This document shows, in pieces, positions 31,999-41,320 of a stretch of DNA of 64,000 bases. The position numbers and the translations under genes were made by a program. The number at the start of each line of letters is the position of its first letter. Position 1 is the first letter of the stretch. The notes beneath the pieces were generated by a model. It had not been told where the DNA came from. It saw nothing but the letters and a program-made list of their open reading frames with translations, and searched no databases. This DNA comes from Bacteroidales bacterium (GTDB lineage Bacteria; Bacteroidota; Bacteroidia; Bacteroidales; JAADJA01), in assembly GCA_041393275.1 (NCBI GenBank), contig JAWKKL010000001.1, positions 65,927 through 129,926 on the forward strand. Direction: 5' to 3'.

Positions 31999-33339
31999 GT
32001 GAGTGAAAATTTTAAAAGCGAAAAAATGGATAAAATAAATACAATAGCTGAACAAAATCTTATCAATGAATTTCTTCTGCAGTTCCCAAGGGAGGCAGCC
32101 CTATCAATGGATTCATTTCCTTCAGAAAAAATATTGAAGTATTTGAAAAGTTTGCCTGTGGAAAAAATGGTTGAAATATTTTCTTTTTTGAATCCTGATG
32201 TGGCAGTTGAAGTCATTCAAATAATGGATGACCTTATATTTATTCAGATTTTCTCTAAAATCAACACGCAATTGGGTGCGCGTTTACTTTCCCGTTTTAG
32301 TAAAAAAAATATCCAGGGCAAATTGAGTTTACTTCCTGGCTTTATTGCCAGGGAAATACAAGACTTCCTCTCCTATCAACCTGATTCGGCTGGGTACCTG
32401 ATGGAATCCATCGTCACAACATTCTATCCTGAAAACAAAGTGGAAGACGTATTGGCAAGGATTCGGAAACTTAGCGACCGAAGAATTACATTGATTTATA
32501 TTATAAATGAAACCGGACTGCTCTTGGGGAAAATACCACTACAGGTTATTGCTATTTCCCAGCCTCATGAAAATTTGAAGGATTTAATGCAGGAGGCTCC
32601 GGCTGTCACAGCTCTGTCATCAACAGAAGATGTATTGCAGCTTCTCGATAATTGGAACCTGCTACAGATTCCAGTCACTGATATCAATGGAAAACTATTA
32701 GGAGTGATCATGAATAAATCTCTCCTCAGTGCTTCAAAACAGGAAATTACACAGGATGTTCAGGCCATGTTTGGCGCAGGCCGTGAAGAACATGCCTTAT
32801 CGAAGGTATCGGTGGCCATAAAGTCGCGACTTCCCTGGTTACAGGTAAACCTTGCCACCGCTTTCCTGGCATCGTTGGTTGTTGGTTTATTTGAAGATAC
32901 AATTGCCCAGATAACTATCCTGGCTGTATTTCTACCCGTAGTGGCCGGTCAATCGGGCAATACAGGCTCACAGGCCCTGGCCGTTACCATTCGTGGCCTT
33001 GCTTTGAGGGAGATAAGGATATCAGAGTGGTTTAGAGTAGCAAGAAAAGAAATCATGGTAGGATTGATAAATGGAATTGCTGTGGCATTAACCACGGGAA
33101 TCATTGTTTATTTTTGGACATCCTCATTAGGTATAGGAATTGTGATTGCCATTTCAATGATAATTTCGATGGTAATTGCAGGTTTTTCAGGTGCAATAAT
33201 TCCCATTGGTTTGAAAGCAATTGGCCAGGACCCTGCCACGTCATCATCCATAATATTGACTACAGTTACCGATATTTGTGGCTTTCTTAGCTTTTTAGGT
33301 TTGGCCACAGCACTTTCAACGGTACTTGGTTTTACCTAA
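31999..33339 (+). CDS. mgtE: Magnesium transporter MgtE
   Basis: 446 aa with an MgtE-N region, a CBS pair and a C-terminal TM domain. PVVAGQSGNTGSQALAVTIRGLAL is the family signature. There is a GTG at 31999 and an alternative ATG at 32026. Confidence 0.85.
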   Translation: MSENFKSEKMDKINTIAEQNLINEFLLQFPREAALSMDSFPSEKILKYLKSLPVEKMVEIFSFLNPDVAVEVIQIMDDLIFIQIFSKINTQLGARLLSRFSKKNIQGKLSLLPGFIAREIQDFLSYQPDSAGYLMESIVTTFYPENKVEDVLARIRKLSDRRITLIYIINETGLLLGKIPLQVIAISQPHENLKDLMQEAPAVTALSSTEDVLQLLDNWNLLQIPVTDINGKLLGVIMNKSLLSASKQEITQDVQAMFGAGREEHALSKVSVAIKSRLPWLQVNLATAFLASLVVGLFEDTIAQITILAVFLPVVAGQSGNTGSQALAVTIRGLALREIRISEWFRVARKEIMVGLINGIAVALTTGIIVYFWTSSLGIGIVIAISMIISMVIAGFSGAIIPIGLKAIGQDPATSSSIILTTVTDICGFLSFLGLATALSTVLGFT

Positions 33340-33409
33340 ACATTTCTCCCTTGTTTATTATCCAAATGTTATTCGCATTATTTCACAAAAGCCACTTTGA
33401 TGGTCATGA

Positions 33410-34792
33410 TTAATCTTTCAATATGGCTTTATCGTGTAAATGAGGGACCATACAGTTCCAGCCAAACCTATCTTTAATTTTAACTCGTAAAACATCTGAT
33501 GCATGGGGCTCGCCATGGATGATAAATACCTTTTCCGGTTTATTTGTAATGTCTGACAACCAATCCAGAATTTCACCCTGGTCGGCGTGCGATGACATAG
33601 TATGAATATGTTCTACGGTTGCCCTGACTTGAAAATAGTGGCCATGAAGTTTTATCTCAGTCGTTCCTTCACTGATCATCCTCCCCCGTGTTCCTGCTGC
33701 CTGGTAGCCTGGGATAATTATCGTTGCATTTGGATCATCCATATGCGATTCAAGATAATGCAGAATCCGCCCGCCATTCATCATGCCACTTCCGGCAATG
33801 ATAATTCGTGGGTGTGGGTTTTTGGCCAGTTTGCGCGTTTCTTCAATGGTGTGTACCATACGTGTACTTATAAAAACCTCCCTGAAAACATCAGGCGCCA
33901 GTTTAAGCCAGTCAGGATATTTTAGGAATAGCTTACTGACATCATTTCCCATGGGGCTGTCAAGATAAACCGGAATGTCGGGAATTTTATTTTCCTGTTT
34001 TAATTTCCAGATAACGTACATAAAATCCTGGGCGCGATCCACCGTAAAGCTTGGAACTATTAGTGGTCCGTGATTTTCAAAACTTTTATTGATAATCTTT
34101 AACAATACATCTTCTGTCGAATCGGATGGGTGGAGCCGGTCTCCATAGGTTGATTCTACAAATATATAATCCGCTTTTTCTGGTTTTTCAGGTGAAAGCA
34201 ACATGGGGTCATTTGGCCGGCCAATATCTCCCGAAAAAACAAAACGTTTTCCGTTAATGTCCATTTCGATAAAGGATGCTCCTGGAATATGGGCATTTTT
34301 ACGAAAACGAAAACGGATGTCATCGTTTATTGAAATAAATTCGTTGAGTGGTTCTGGTTTCAACAATGGCAACGTTTTCTTTACATCCTTCAACGTATAC
34401 AGAGCCAAGGCCGGACTGTGTTTTGAATAACCGCGGGTGTTTGCTTGCTCTGCATCCTCCTCCTGGATTTTGGCGCTATCAGTCAAAATAATTTCAGCTA
34501 AATCCGCCGTTGGAAAAGTACAATAAATGGAACCTTTAAATCCCTGGTTCACCAACCTGGGCAGGTACCCTATATGATCCAGGTGGCCGTGGGTTAAAAT
34601 TACATGGTCTATTTCTGCTGCCGGAAAAGGCAGGTCCATCCAGTTCAGTTCACGTAAATTCTTTAATCCCTGGAATAGGCCGCAATCAACCATCAGAGTT
34701 TGGTTATTGTATGAAATAAGGAATTTTGATCCGGTAACGGTTCCGGCAGCTCCCAGAAATTGAACCGATACAGTATTTGACTTTGCAAGCAT
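33410..34792 (-). CDS. MBL-fold beta-CASP family hydrolase (RNA-metabolising metallo-beta-lactamase type)
   Basis: 460 aa. The HxHxDH motif is in ILTHGHLDHIGYLP. The length and C-terminal HGEP...-type end are typical of beta-CASP proteins. Confidence 0.7.
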   Translation of the reverse strand: MLAKSNTVSVQFLGAAGTVTGSKFLISYNNQTLMVDCGLFQGLKNLRELNWMDLPFPAAEIDHVILTHGHLDHIGYLPRLVNQGFKGSIYCTFPTADLAEIILTDSAKIQEEDAEQANTRGYSKHSPALALYTLKDVKKTLPLLKPEPLNEFISINDDIRFRFRKNAHIPGASFIEMDINGKRFVFSGDIGRPNDPMLLSPEKPEKADYIFVESTYGDRLHPSDSTEDVLLKIINKSFENHGPLIVPSFTVDRAQDFMYVIWKLKQENKIPDIPVYLDSPMGNDVSKLFLKYPDWLKLAPDVFREVFISTRMVHTIEETRKLAKNPHPRIIIAGSGMMNGGRILHYLESHMDDPNATIIIPGYQAAGTRGRMISEGTTEIKLHGHYFQVRATVEHIHTMSSHADQGEILDWLSDITNKPEKVFIIHGEPHASDVLRVKIKDRFGWNCMVPHLHDKAILKD

Positions 34793-34903
34793 GGATTGAA
34801 AGTTATTTGATTGAAAAGGTAAAGATAGTTTAAAAATTCCCTTCCTTAACGTGATAAATTAGTGTAACTTTGGAAAGTCTCCAATCTATAACTACAATCC
34901 ACT

Positions 34904-35809
34904 ATGGAAGAATTTGTAAACACCTGGATATATAATTCCACCATCGGTAAGCTGGTTGCCATCGTTATTGGCGTTGCCGTTATCTGGACCTTAATGAAAA
35001 TTCTGAAACGAAGAATTGCTGGGCCTATTCAAAGTACTGACAACCGCTACAGAACAAAAAAACTTCTCGATTTTACCGGATATTTTCTGATGATCATAAT
35101 GATCACTATTGTTTTCAGCGATAAACTTGGTGGATTAACAGTGGCTCTTGGTGTGGCCGGGGCCGGTATAGCTTTTGCCTTGCAAGAGGTGATTGCCAGT
35201 GTGGCCGGTTGGCTGGCCATTTTGTTTGCCGGCTTTTATAAAACGGGTAACAGGGTACAGCTTGGCGGTATTAAAGGGGATGTGATTGATATTAATGTTT
35301 TACGCACAACGCTCATGGAAACCGGCCAGTGGGTGGATGGTGATCTTTACAATGGCCGAATTGTGCGTATTGCCAACAGTTTTGTTTTTAAGGAGCCGGT
35401 TTTTAATTATTCTGGCGACTTTCCTTTCCTTTGGGATGAAATCAAAATTCCGGTCCAGTTTGGTTCTGACTACGATAAGGCAAGGGATCTTTTTCTAACC
35501 GTAACCCGCGAAGTAACTTCAAAAGAAACCGCAGAATCAGCGGAAACATGGAAACATATTGTCTCAAAATTTATGATTGAAAATGCCCGGACAGAACCCA
35601 TGGTTTCCCTTATTGTCAATGATAACTGGGTGGAATTTACAATCCGCTATGTGGTAAATTTTAAGAAAAGGCGAATAACCAAGGATGAGTTGTTTACCAA
35701 AATCTTAAAAGCCGTTGAAACCGGAGGCAGCCGTATTAAATTTGCCTCCGCCACATTCCAATTGGTTGAAGCGCCAGATTTTAATGTTTCAATTAAGAGT
35801 GGAAAATAA
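34904..35809 (+). CDS. MscS-family mechanosensitive channel
   Basis: 301 aa with three N-terminal TM helices, then GNRVQLGGIKGDVIDINVLRTTLMETG. Confidence 0.75.
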   Translation: MEEFVNTWIYNSTIGKLVAIVIGVAVIWTLMKILKRRIAGPIQSTDNRYRTKKLLDFTGYFLMIIMITIVFSDKLGGLTVALGVAGAGIAFALQEVIASVAGWLAILFAGFYKTGNRVQLGGIKGDVIDINVLRTTLMETGQWVDGDLYNGRIVRIANSFVFKEPVFNYSGDFPFLWDEIKIPVQFGSDYDKARDLFLTVTREVTSKETAESAETWKHIVSKFMIENARTEPMVSLIVNDNWVEFTIRYVVNFKKRRITKDELFTKILKAVETGGSRIKFASATFQLVEAPDFNVSIKSGK

Positions 35810-35832
35810 AAACATTTGTATTTAATTTAACT

Positions 35833-38727
35833 ATGAAAAAAACATACATTGTCATACTTTGCATGCTTATGCCTTTTCTGGTAATGTCGCAAAAATTCGA
35901 CAACAGCCAGATTACAAGCATGGTGGTAAAATTTAGACAAGACCCAAAAGGGCCCTACAAGGATATTCGCTGGTTTTGTAAAGATGGAACTACCCGGCCG
36001 CCTCAGGAACGATGCCCCGAACCGGGTGTGCAACGGGCACGCTATAAAGATGAAGTTGTTTCACTGGCTAAAACCAACCATGTTTTTCTGGGTCAAATTC
36101 TCGCAACAACTGATTTCAGCGAGTTCTGGGATGAAACCAGCTATCATTCCCGGTTAAAACAATACCAGCTTGAAAAATATTTAATAAGAACAAATGATGG
36201 TTGGATTTTGCGAAAAGCACAATATTACCGGGGCGCATTTCAGGCGGAAGATGAAGAAAACTGGGGCGTTGAATTTTTTAACTGGTTGCTGGAAGATAAC
36301 AACCGGTTGAAGCAAAATTTCTTCCTCATCCGCGAAGCCGCCAAAGATATCCCACACCAGGGTGATGATAGCAAAACCCAAATGGTTCGTGCTTTATCAA
36401 AAGAAATTTCGGATAGTGTCCAATCTTTTTTAAACATACGCATCAAAATTCATGGCCAGCCTGAAGCAACTGACATACAAACGGTAAAACAGTTCAGAGA
36501 AGCAAACAAAAACAAACTTTCGGCAACCCAGCTTAAAAAGGTGGACGAACTCATTGCTAATATGGAAATCGTTTATCAGCCGGCTAACCTGAATTCGTTG
36601 AAGAAATACCTGAAAAATATTCCTAAAGAATCCGAGGTGGCTAAATCCATCCAAACCTTAACAGACCAGTATAATACTAAATCCGGGAAGGATAAAATTA
36701 TTGATCTGGCTAATAGGCTTCTACTAATCCGAGAACAAATTACAACCATCCCAAAAAGTTCCGGACGGCTTGCCTTGCTCGATATTTCATTAAAACTCGA
36801 AGAAATCCTGTTTAGGGAGATGAAATCATGGGATAGCAAAACATTGCAAGACCTGCTATCGAAAACCTATTACCTTGGCCTGGCTTCAGCCGGGTGCGGT
36901 TACATTGAAATGTGGGAATGGTCAACCATCAAATACCATTTTGAAAAGCCCATGTATGCATCAATCTCTCTTGCGGACTTGAATAATATCCTTGAGTCTT
37001 CAAGACAACTGGTCGAATGGAGTGCCGGAATGTCAAGGGGTGTTTACAAAGATGCCATTGACCTGTTCAATGGTTTTGAACCTTTAGTCTACGGTTTTAC
37101 TGATGATAGGGTCAGGTCTTCATCCTTGCTCTATTTGGGAAACTGTGTAAGTGAATTAGGAGAATTTATTTCCCATGAAGCCGATCTTTCGAACAAAGTA
37201 ATGGATATTTCGGGACAAAGCCACATCAGGGGAATCAATCCCGGTTTTGCCATGGGTGAATTGGTGGTGTTGAATGAAATAACTGAAAATACAATTATTT
37301 CCGGGGATAAAATTTATGTGTTTGACCATCCTCCCGCAGATTTAAAGCCAGTGGCCGGTATTGCCACGGTTACCGAAGGAAATATGGTTTCTCACGTTCA
37401 GCTTCTCGCCCGTAATCTTGGCATACCCAATGCAGTTGTATCGGCTGATAACCTGGAGCAACTGAAAAAATTCAACGGAAAGAAAGTGTTTTACGCTGTA
37501 TCAAACAAAGGAACGGTTATTATGAAGCCGGCTGAACAGATGACTGCTGAGGAGAAAAAGCTGTTTGAAACAAAAAAGAGAAGTGAAGAAAAAATTACGA
37601 TTCCGGTTGACCGGATGAATTTGAAACAAACCAACATGGTAAACCTACGTGATCTAAATACAAAACAATCAGGAATCCTTTGCGGGCCAAAAGCGGCCAA
37701 TCTCGGCCAGTTAAAACTCATGTTCCCCGACCATGTGGTGGAAGGTTTTGTCATTCCGTTTGGCATTTTCAGGCAGCACATGGAACAAATCATTCCCGGC
37801 AAAAAATTATCCTATTGGGAATTCCTGAATGATATTTTTATAAAGGCAATGGACATGAGTAAGCAAGGCGAATCAGAAAATGATATTGACACCTATGTGC
37901 TTGGGGAGTTGGATGTGTTGCGAAAAGAAATAAAATCCATGAGTCTCACCCCGGAATTTATTGCAGACCTTGAAAAATCCTTTATTAACATTTTAGGAAA
38001 AAAAATTGGCGATATTCCGGTATTCCTTCGCAGCGATACAAATATGGAAGACCTGAAAGATTTTACCGGGGCAGGTTTAAATCTTACCTTATTCAATGTT
38101 GTTGATAGAGAAAAAATCCTCCAGGGAATCAAGGATGTGTGGGCATCACCTTATTCAGAGCGGAGCTATAAATGGCGTCAGCGTTATTTATTAAATCCTG
38201 AAAATGTATATCCTTCTATCCTGGTCATCCCGGCTGTGGATGTTGATTATTCGGGGGTCATGATCACCAAAGGTATTGTTACCAATAACGATGACGACCT
38301 GACCATCGCCTTTAGCCGCGGAGCAGGAGGTGCGGTCGAAGGACAAGCTGCTGAATCGTACCTGCTCAAATTTGATGGGGAGAATCTCCTGTTGTCGCCT
38401 GCGAGAGAGCCTTTTTATATCAAGCTTCCGGCCAAAGGGGGAACGGATAAAACCTTTGCCACGTTTGAGAAACCTATCCTCAGTGAAAATAACTTAATGC
38501 AATTGCGTGATTTTGCCTATAGGATTAAACGCGACATGGCTAAATTACCCGATTCAAAGTCAGAAGGCCCGTTTGATATTGAATTGGGATTTAAAGACAA
38601 TAAAATCTGGTTATTTCAGATCAGACCGTTTGTTGAAAACAAGAATGCTTTAAAAACGGAGTATTTAACTTCCATAACACCGGTAATACCCGAATCGAAA
38701 TTGATAAATTTAAACACAACACTTTAA
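35833..38727 (+). CDS. Signal-peptide-bearing PEP-utiliser family protein: unknown ~440-aa N-domain, then a His swivel (mobile) domain, then a C-terminal PPDK_N-type ATP-grasp
   Basis: MKKTYIVILCMLMPFLVMSQ. Swivel domain VAGIATVTEGNMVSHVQLLARNLGIPN, with the His codon at 37393-37395. ATP-grasp motifs CGPKAANLGQL, FLRSDTNMEDLKDFTGAGL and VWASPYSERSYKWR. Confidence 0.7.
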   Translation: MKKTYIVILCMLMPFLVMSQKFDNSQITSMVVKFRQDPKGPYKDIRWFCKDGTTRPPQERCPEPGVQRARYKDEVVSLAKTNHVFLGQILATTDFSEFWDETSYHSRLKQYQLEKYLIRTNDGWILRKAQYYRGAFQAEDEENWGVEFFNWLLEDNNRLKQNFFLIREAAKDIPHQGDDSKTQMVRALSKEISDSVQSFLNIRIKIHGQPEATDIQTVKQFREANKNKLSATQLKKVDELIANMEIVYQPANLNSLKKYLKNIPKESEVAKSIQTLTDQYNTKSGKDKIIDLANRLLLIREQITTIPKSSGRLALLDISLKLEEILFREMKSWDSKTLQDLLSKTYYLGLASAGCGYIEMWEWSTIKYHFEKPMYASISLADLNNILESSRQLVEWSAGMSRGVYKDAIDLFNGFEPLVYGFTDDRVRSSSLLYLGNCVSELGEFISHEADLSNKVMDISGQSHIRGINPGFAMGELVVLNEITENTIISGDKIYVFDHPPADLKPVAGIATVTEGNMVSHVQLLARNLGIPNAVVSADNLEQLKKFNGKKVFYAVSNKGTVIMKPAEQMTAEEKKLFETKKRSEEKITIPVDRMNLKQTNMVNLRDLNTKQSGILCGPKAANLGQLKLMFPDHVVEGFVIPFGIFRQHMEQIIPGKKLSYWEFLNDIFIKAMDMSKQGESENDIDTYVLGELDVLRKEIKSMSLTPEFIADLEKSFINILGKKIGDIPVFLRSDTNMEDLKDFTGAGLNLTLFNVVDREKILQGIKDVWASPYSERSYKWRQRYLLNPENVYPSILVIPAVDVDYSGVMITKGIVTNNDDDLTIAFSRGAGGAVEGQAAESYLLKFDGENLLLSPAREPFYIKLPAKGGTDKTFATFEKPILSENNLMQLRDFAYRIKRDMAKLPDSKSEGPFDIELGFKDNKIWLFQIRPFVENKNALKTEYLTSITPVIPESKLINLNTTL

Positions 38728-38731
38728 ATAC

Positions 38732-39988
38732 ATGAAAAAGCTAAAGTTTCTATTGCTTTCACTCCTAATTTTTGCTCTTCAGGGAGAATCTTTTGCCTAT
38801 CCCTACGACGGTTACTATATCTCCGGTATACGGCGGTTGGTCCGGCTACAGTTAATTATGATGGGTGCAATCAAAGATACAAAACCTGTTTTGGGCGCTC
38901 AGAAATCCATTATGGACATTCATCTGAATCTGATGAACGAAAAAGGCGATAGCCTTGAAGCTTTTCCAGCGACCGATCCAGCCTTACAAAAATCAATAAA
39001 CGCTCTTTTCCCATACATGCATGAAAGTTATTCGCTTTGTGTAATTGATATTACGTCGGGCAAACCTATCCGGTATGCACAGCGAAATGAAAAACGGGGC
39101 TATATGCCAGGCAGCGTAGCAAAACTTGCTGTGCTTGCAGGATTATTTAACGAACTTCAAAAGCTTTATCCCGATTCGTTTGAATTGAGGCAGCAAGCAA
39201 TGAGAAACAGGTTGGTTAGGGCCGGTAAATGGGCCAACTATGATGAACATACCGTACCATTTTTTAATCCGGAAACACAAAAATTTTACAAAGCCGTTGT
39301 CAAAGAAGGAGACACTTGTTCGCTTTACGAATGGGCCGACCATATGATCTCCGTAAGTAACAATGCAGCTGCCAGCATAGTTTGGAAAGAAGCGCTGCTT
39401 ATGCAGGCATTTGGGGCAAATTATCCACCAACAACTGAAGAAGAAGCTGAGTTTTTTAGTACCACGCCAAAATCAGAACTAACGGCAATGGCCGTGGCGG
39501 TTGTTGATGAACCGCTAAGAAATATGGGGATCACCAAGGAGGAGTTCAGGCTGGGAAGTATGTTTACTCGTGACGCCAAAAAAATCGTTCCGGGCGCCGG
39601 TGGTACCATCGCCAGCCCTTATGGATTGATGAAATACCTTGTAGCCATGGAAAGAGGAAAAATTGTTGACCCTGAATCAAGCCTTGAAATCAAACGGCTG
39701 ATGTATGCCACCGACCGCCGGATACGGTATGCCGCCTCTACTGCCCTGACCGATGCCGCCGTTTATTTTAAATCGGGTAGTTTGTATAAATGCAAACCGG
39801 AAGAGGATTTTAAATGTGGAAAATATATGGGTAATGTAGAAAACTATATGAACTCGGTAGCGATTGTCGAACAACCCGACGGGACAACCTACATGGTCAC
39901 CATGATGTCGAATGTCCTGAAAAAAAATTCAGCTAATGATCATTTTGCCCTGGCTTCTCAGATTGATAAAGTGGTAAGAAAAAAGTGA
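38732..39988 (+). CDS. Exported class-A beta-lactamase-fold serine hydrolase (function unknown)
   Basis: Signal peptide MKKLKFLLLSLLIFALQGESFA. The motifs SVAK (SxxK), SVSNN (SxN) and KSGS (KTG-like) occur in the right order. It starts 4 nt after the upstream gene. Confidence 0.65.
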   Translation: MKKLKFLLLSLLIFALQGESFAYPYDGYYISGIRRLVRLQLIMMGAIKDTKPVLGAQKSIMDIHLNLMNEKGDSLEAFPATDPALQKSINALFPYMHESYSLCVIDITSGKPIRYAQRNEKRGYMPGSVAKLAVLAGLFNELQKLYPDSFELRQQAMRNRLVRAGKWANYDEHTVPFFNPETQKFYKAVVKEGDTCSLYEWADHMISVSNNAAASIVWKEALLMQAFGANYPPTTEEEAEFFSTTPKSELTAMAVAVVDEPLRNMGITKEEFRLGSMFTRDAKKIVPGAGGTIASPYGLMKYLVAMERGKIVDPESSLEIKRLMYATDRRIRYAASTALTDAAVYFKSGSLYKCKPEEDFKCGKYMGNVENYMNSVAIVEQPDGTTYMVTMMSNVLKKNSANDHFALASQIDKVVRKK

Positions 39989-40017
39989 TTATTTTTGGCT
40001 TAATTACTAATTTTTAG

Positions 40018-41184
40018 ATGAGGCAGGACATTTTCATCGGTTTCTTTGATTTATTTATTTTTCTGGGCGTATTTCAGGGAATATTTCTAGCCTGGTTTTT
40101 TATCAAGAATGGCAAAAGTGAGCAACGCGCCAATTTATATCAGGGCCTGCTCTTGTTATTTTTAAGTCTTGGAATATTTGAGGAATTGCTTAACAATACA
40201 GGGTATATTGTTCAAATGTTGCCAATTTCAAACTTTACCGAACCCCTGGCTTTAGCTTTTGCTCCACTTGTCTACTTGTATATTATTAAATCTCTAAATC
40301 CTGACAAAAATGAAAAGGTTTGGCCACATTTTATACTTTCAGTATTCTGGTTGTTTTATATGTATTTTTATTGGGCTCAGGCTAATGATCTAAAGTATAA
40401 TTCCTATATCGGCTCCAAACATCCTGATTGGGAATTCCTTGATGTTGTGCCAAAAATGGACGAGGATCCATTAGGGATAAGGTATTATTTCAATGAAATG
40501 CTGGCCGTCCAATTTATAATTTACATTAGAGTTTCAATGGTTAAGTTGTTACGAAAATTCAGATCACTGAACCAACAGTTGTTTAATACTAAAAATGAGT
40601 TATTAATCACGTTACGTAATACAATTATTCATTTTATTATCATCATTTCTGTATTTCTTATAACCAAACTTTATTTTGGAATGAGGAGTGATATTGGTGG
40701 TTATTGGATTGCAACCTATATTTCATTTATGATCTATGTAACAAGTTATCAGGTTTTAAACAGGTCTGAGTTTTTTAATCATCCAAGTTCTTTTATGGCT
40801 TTCCCTATGCCTAAATATCAAAAATCTTCTCTGTCGGAAGATAATAAGGAATTGATTTTATCCAAAATCAAAAAAGAGATGGAAAGTCGAACTTATTTTT
40901 CAAATAATTTAGCTTCACTTTCAGGGTTGGCAAAACAAATTAATGAGTCATCACATCATGTATCACAGGTAATAAATGAAAAACTAAACAAGAATTTTTT
41001 TGAATTGCTGGCCGAATACAGAGTGGAATACGCACAAAAGCTTATCAGGGAAGACAAAGAAATAAAACTGACCGTGGAAGAGCTGGCGGAAATGGTCGGA
41101 TATAATTCAAAATCGTCTTTCAATACTGCATTTAAAAAAATAACTTCCTTAACACCCACCGAATATAGAAAATCAATATGTTGA
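40018..41184 (+). CDS. AraC-family transcriptional regulator with an N-terminal multi-TM domain
   Basis: 388 aa. The C-terminal HTH region is LAKQINESSHHVSQVINEKL...VGYNSKSSFNTAFKKITSLTPTEYRK. Confidence 0.75.
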   Translation: MRQDIFIGFFDLFIFLGVFQGIFLAWFFIKNGKSEQRANLYQGLLLLFLSLGIFEELLNNTGYIVQMLPISNFTEPLALAFAPLVYLYIIKSLNPDKNEKVWPHFILSVFWLFYMYFYWAQANDLKYNSYIGSKHPDWEFLDVVPKMDEDPLGIRYYFNEMLAVQFIIYIRVSMVKLLRKFRSLNQQLFNTKNELLITLRNTIIHFIIIISVFLITKLYFGMRSDIGGYWIATYISFMIYVTSYQVLNRSEFFNHPSSFMAFPMPKYQKSSLSEDNKELILSKIKKEMESRTYFSNNLASLSGLAKQINESSHHVSQVINEKLNKNFFELLAEYRVEYAQKLIREDKEIKLTVEELAEMVGYNSKSSFNTAFKKITSLTPTEYRKSIC

Positions 41185-41320
41185 TCTTAGTAATTGATAA
41201 TCTTTCTCTTAATCAAATTATAATGTTCTTCCCGATAAGGCCGTACATCGTTCCGATAGGCTAAGTCGTTGCAATTGGCCAAGTGATATTAGGTTTGCCA
41301 GAAATTCAAATCATAATATC

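Noticed and set aside
38732-39988. Calling the two SxxK/SxN/KxG proteins (38732-39988 and 45469-46386) antibiotic-resistance beta-lactamases
   Set aside because: The motifs support only the fold. The sequences are long or divergent and the genomic context argues for another role. No resistance claim can be made without assays or close homology.
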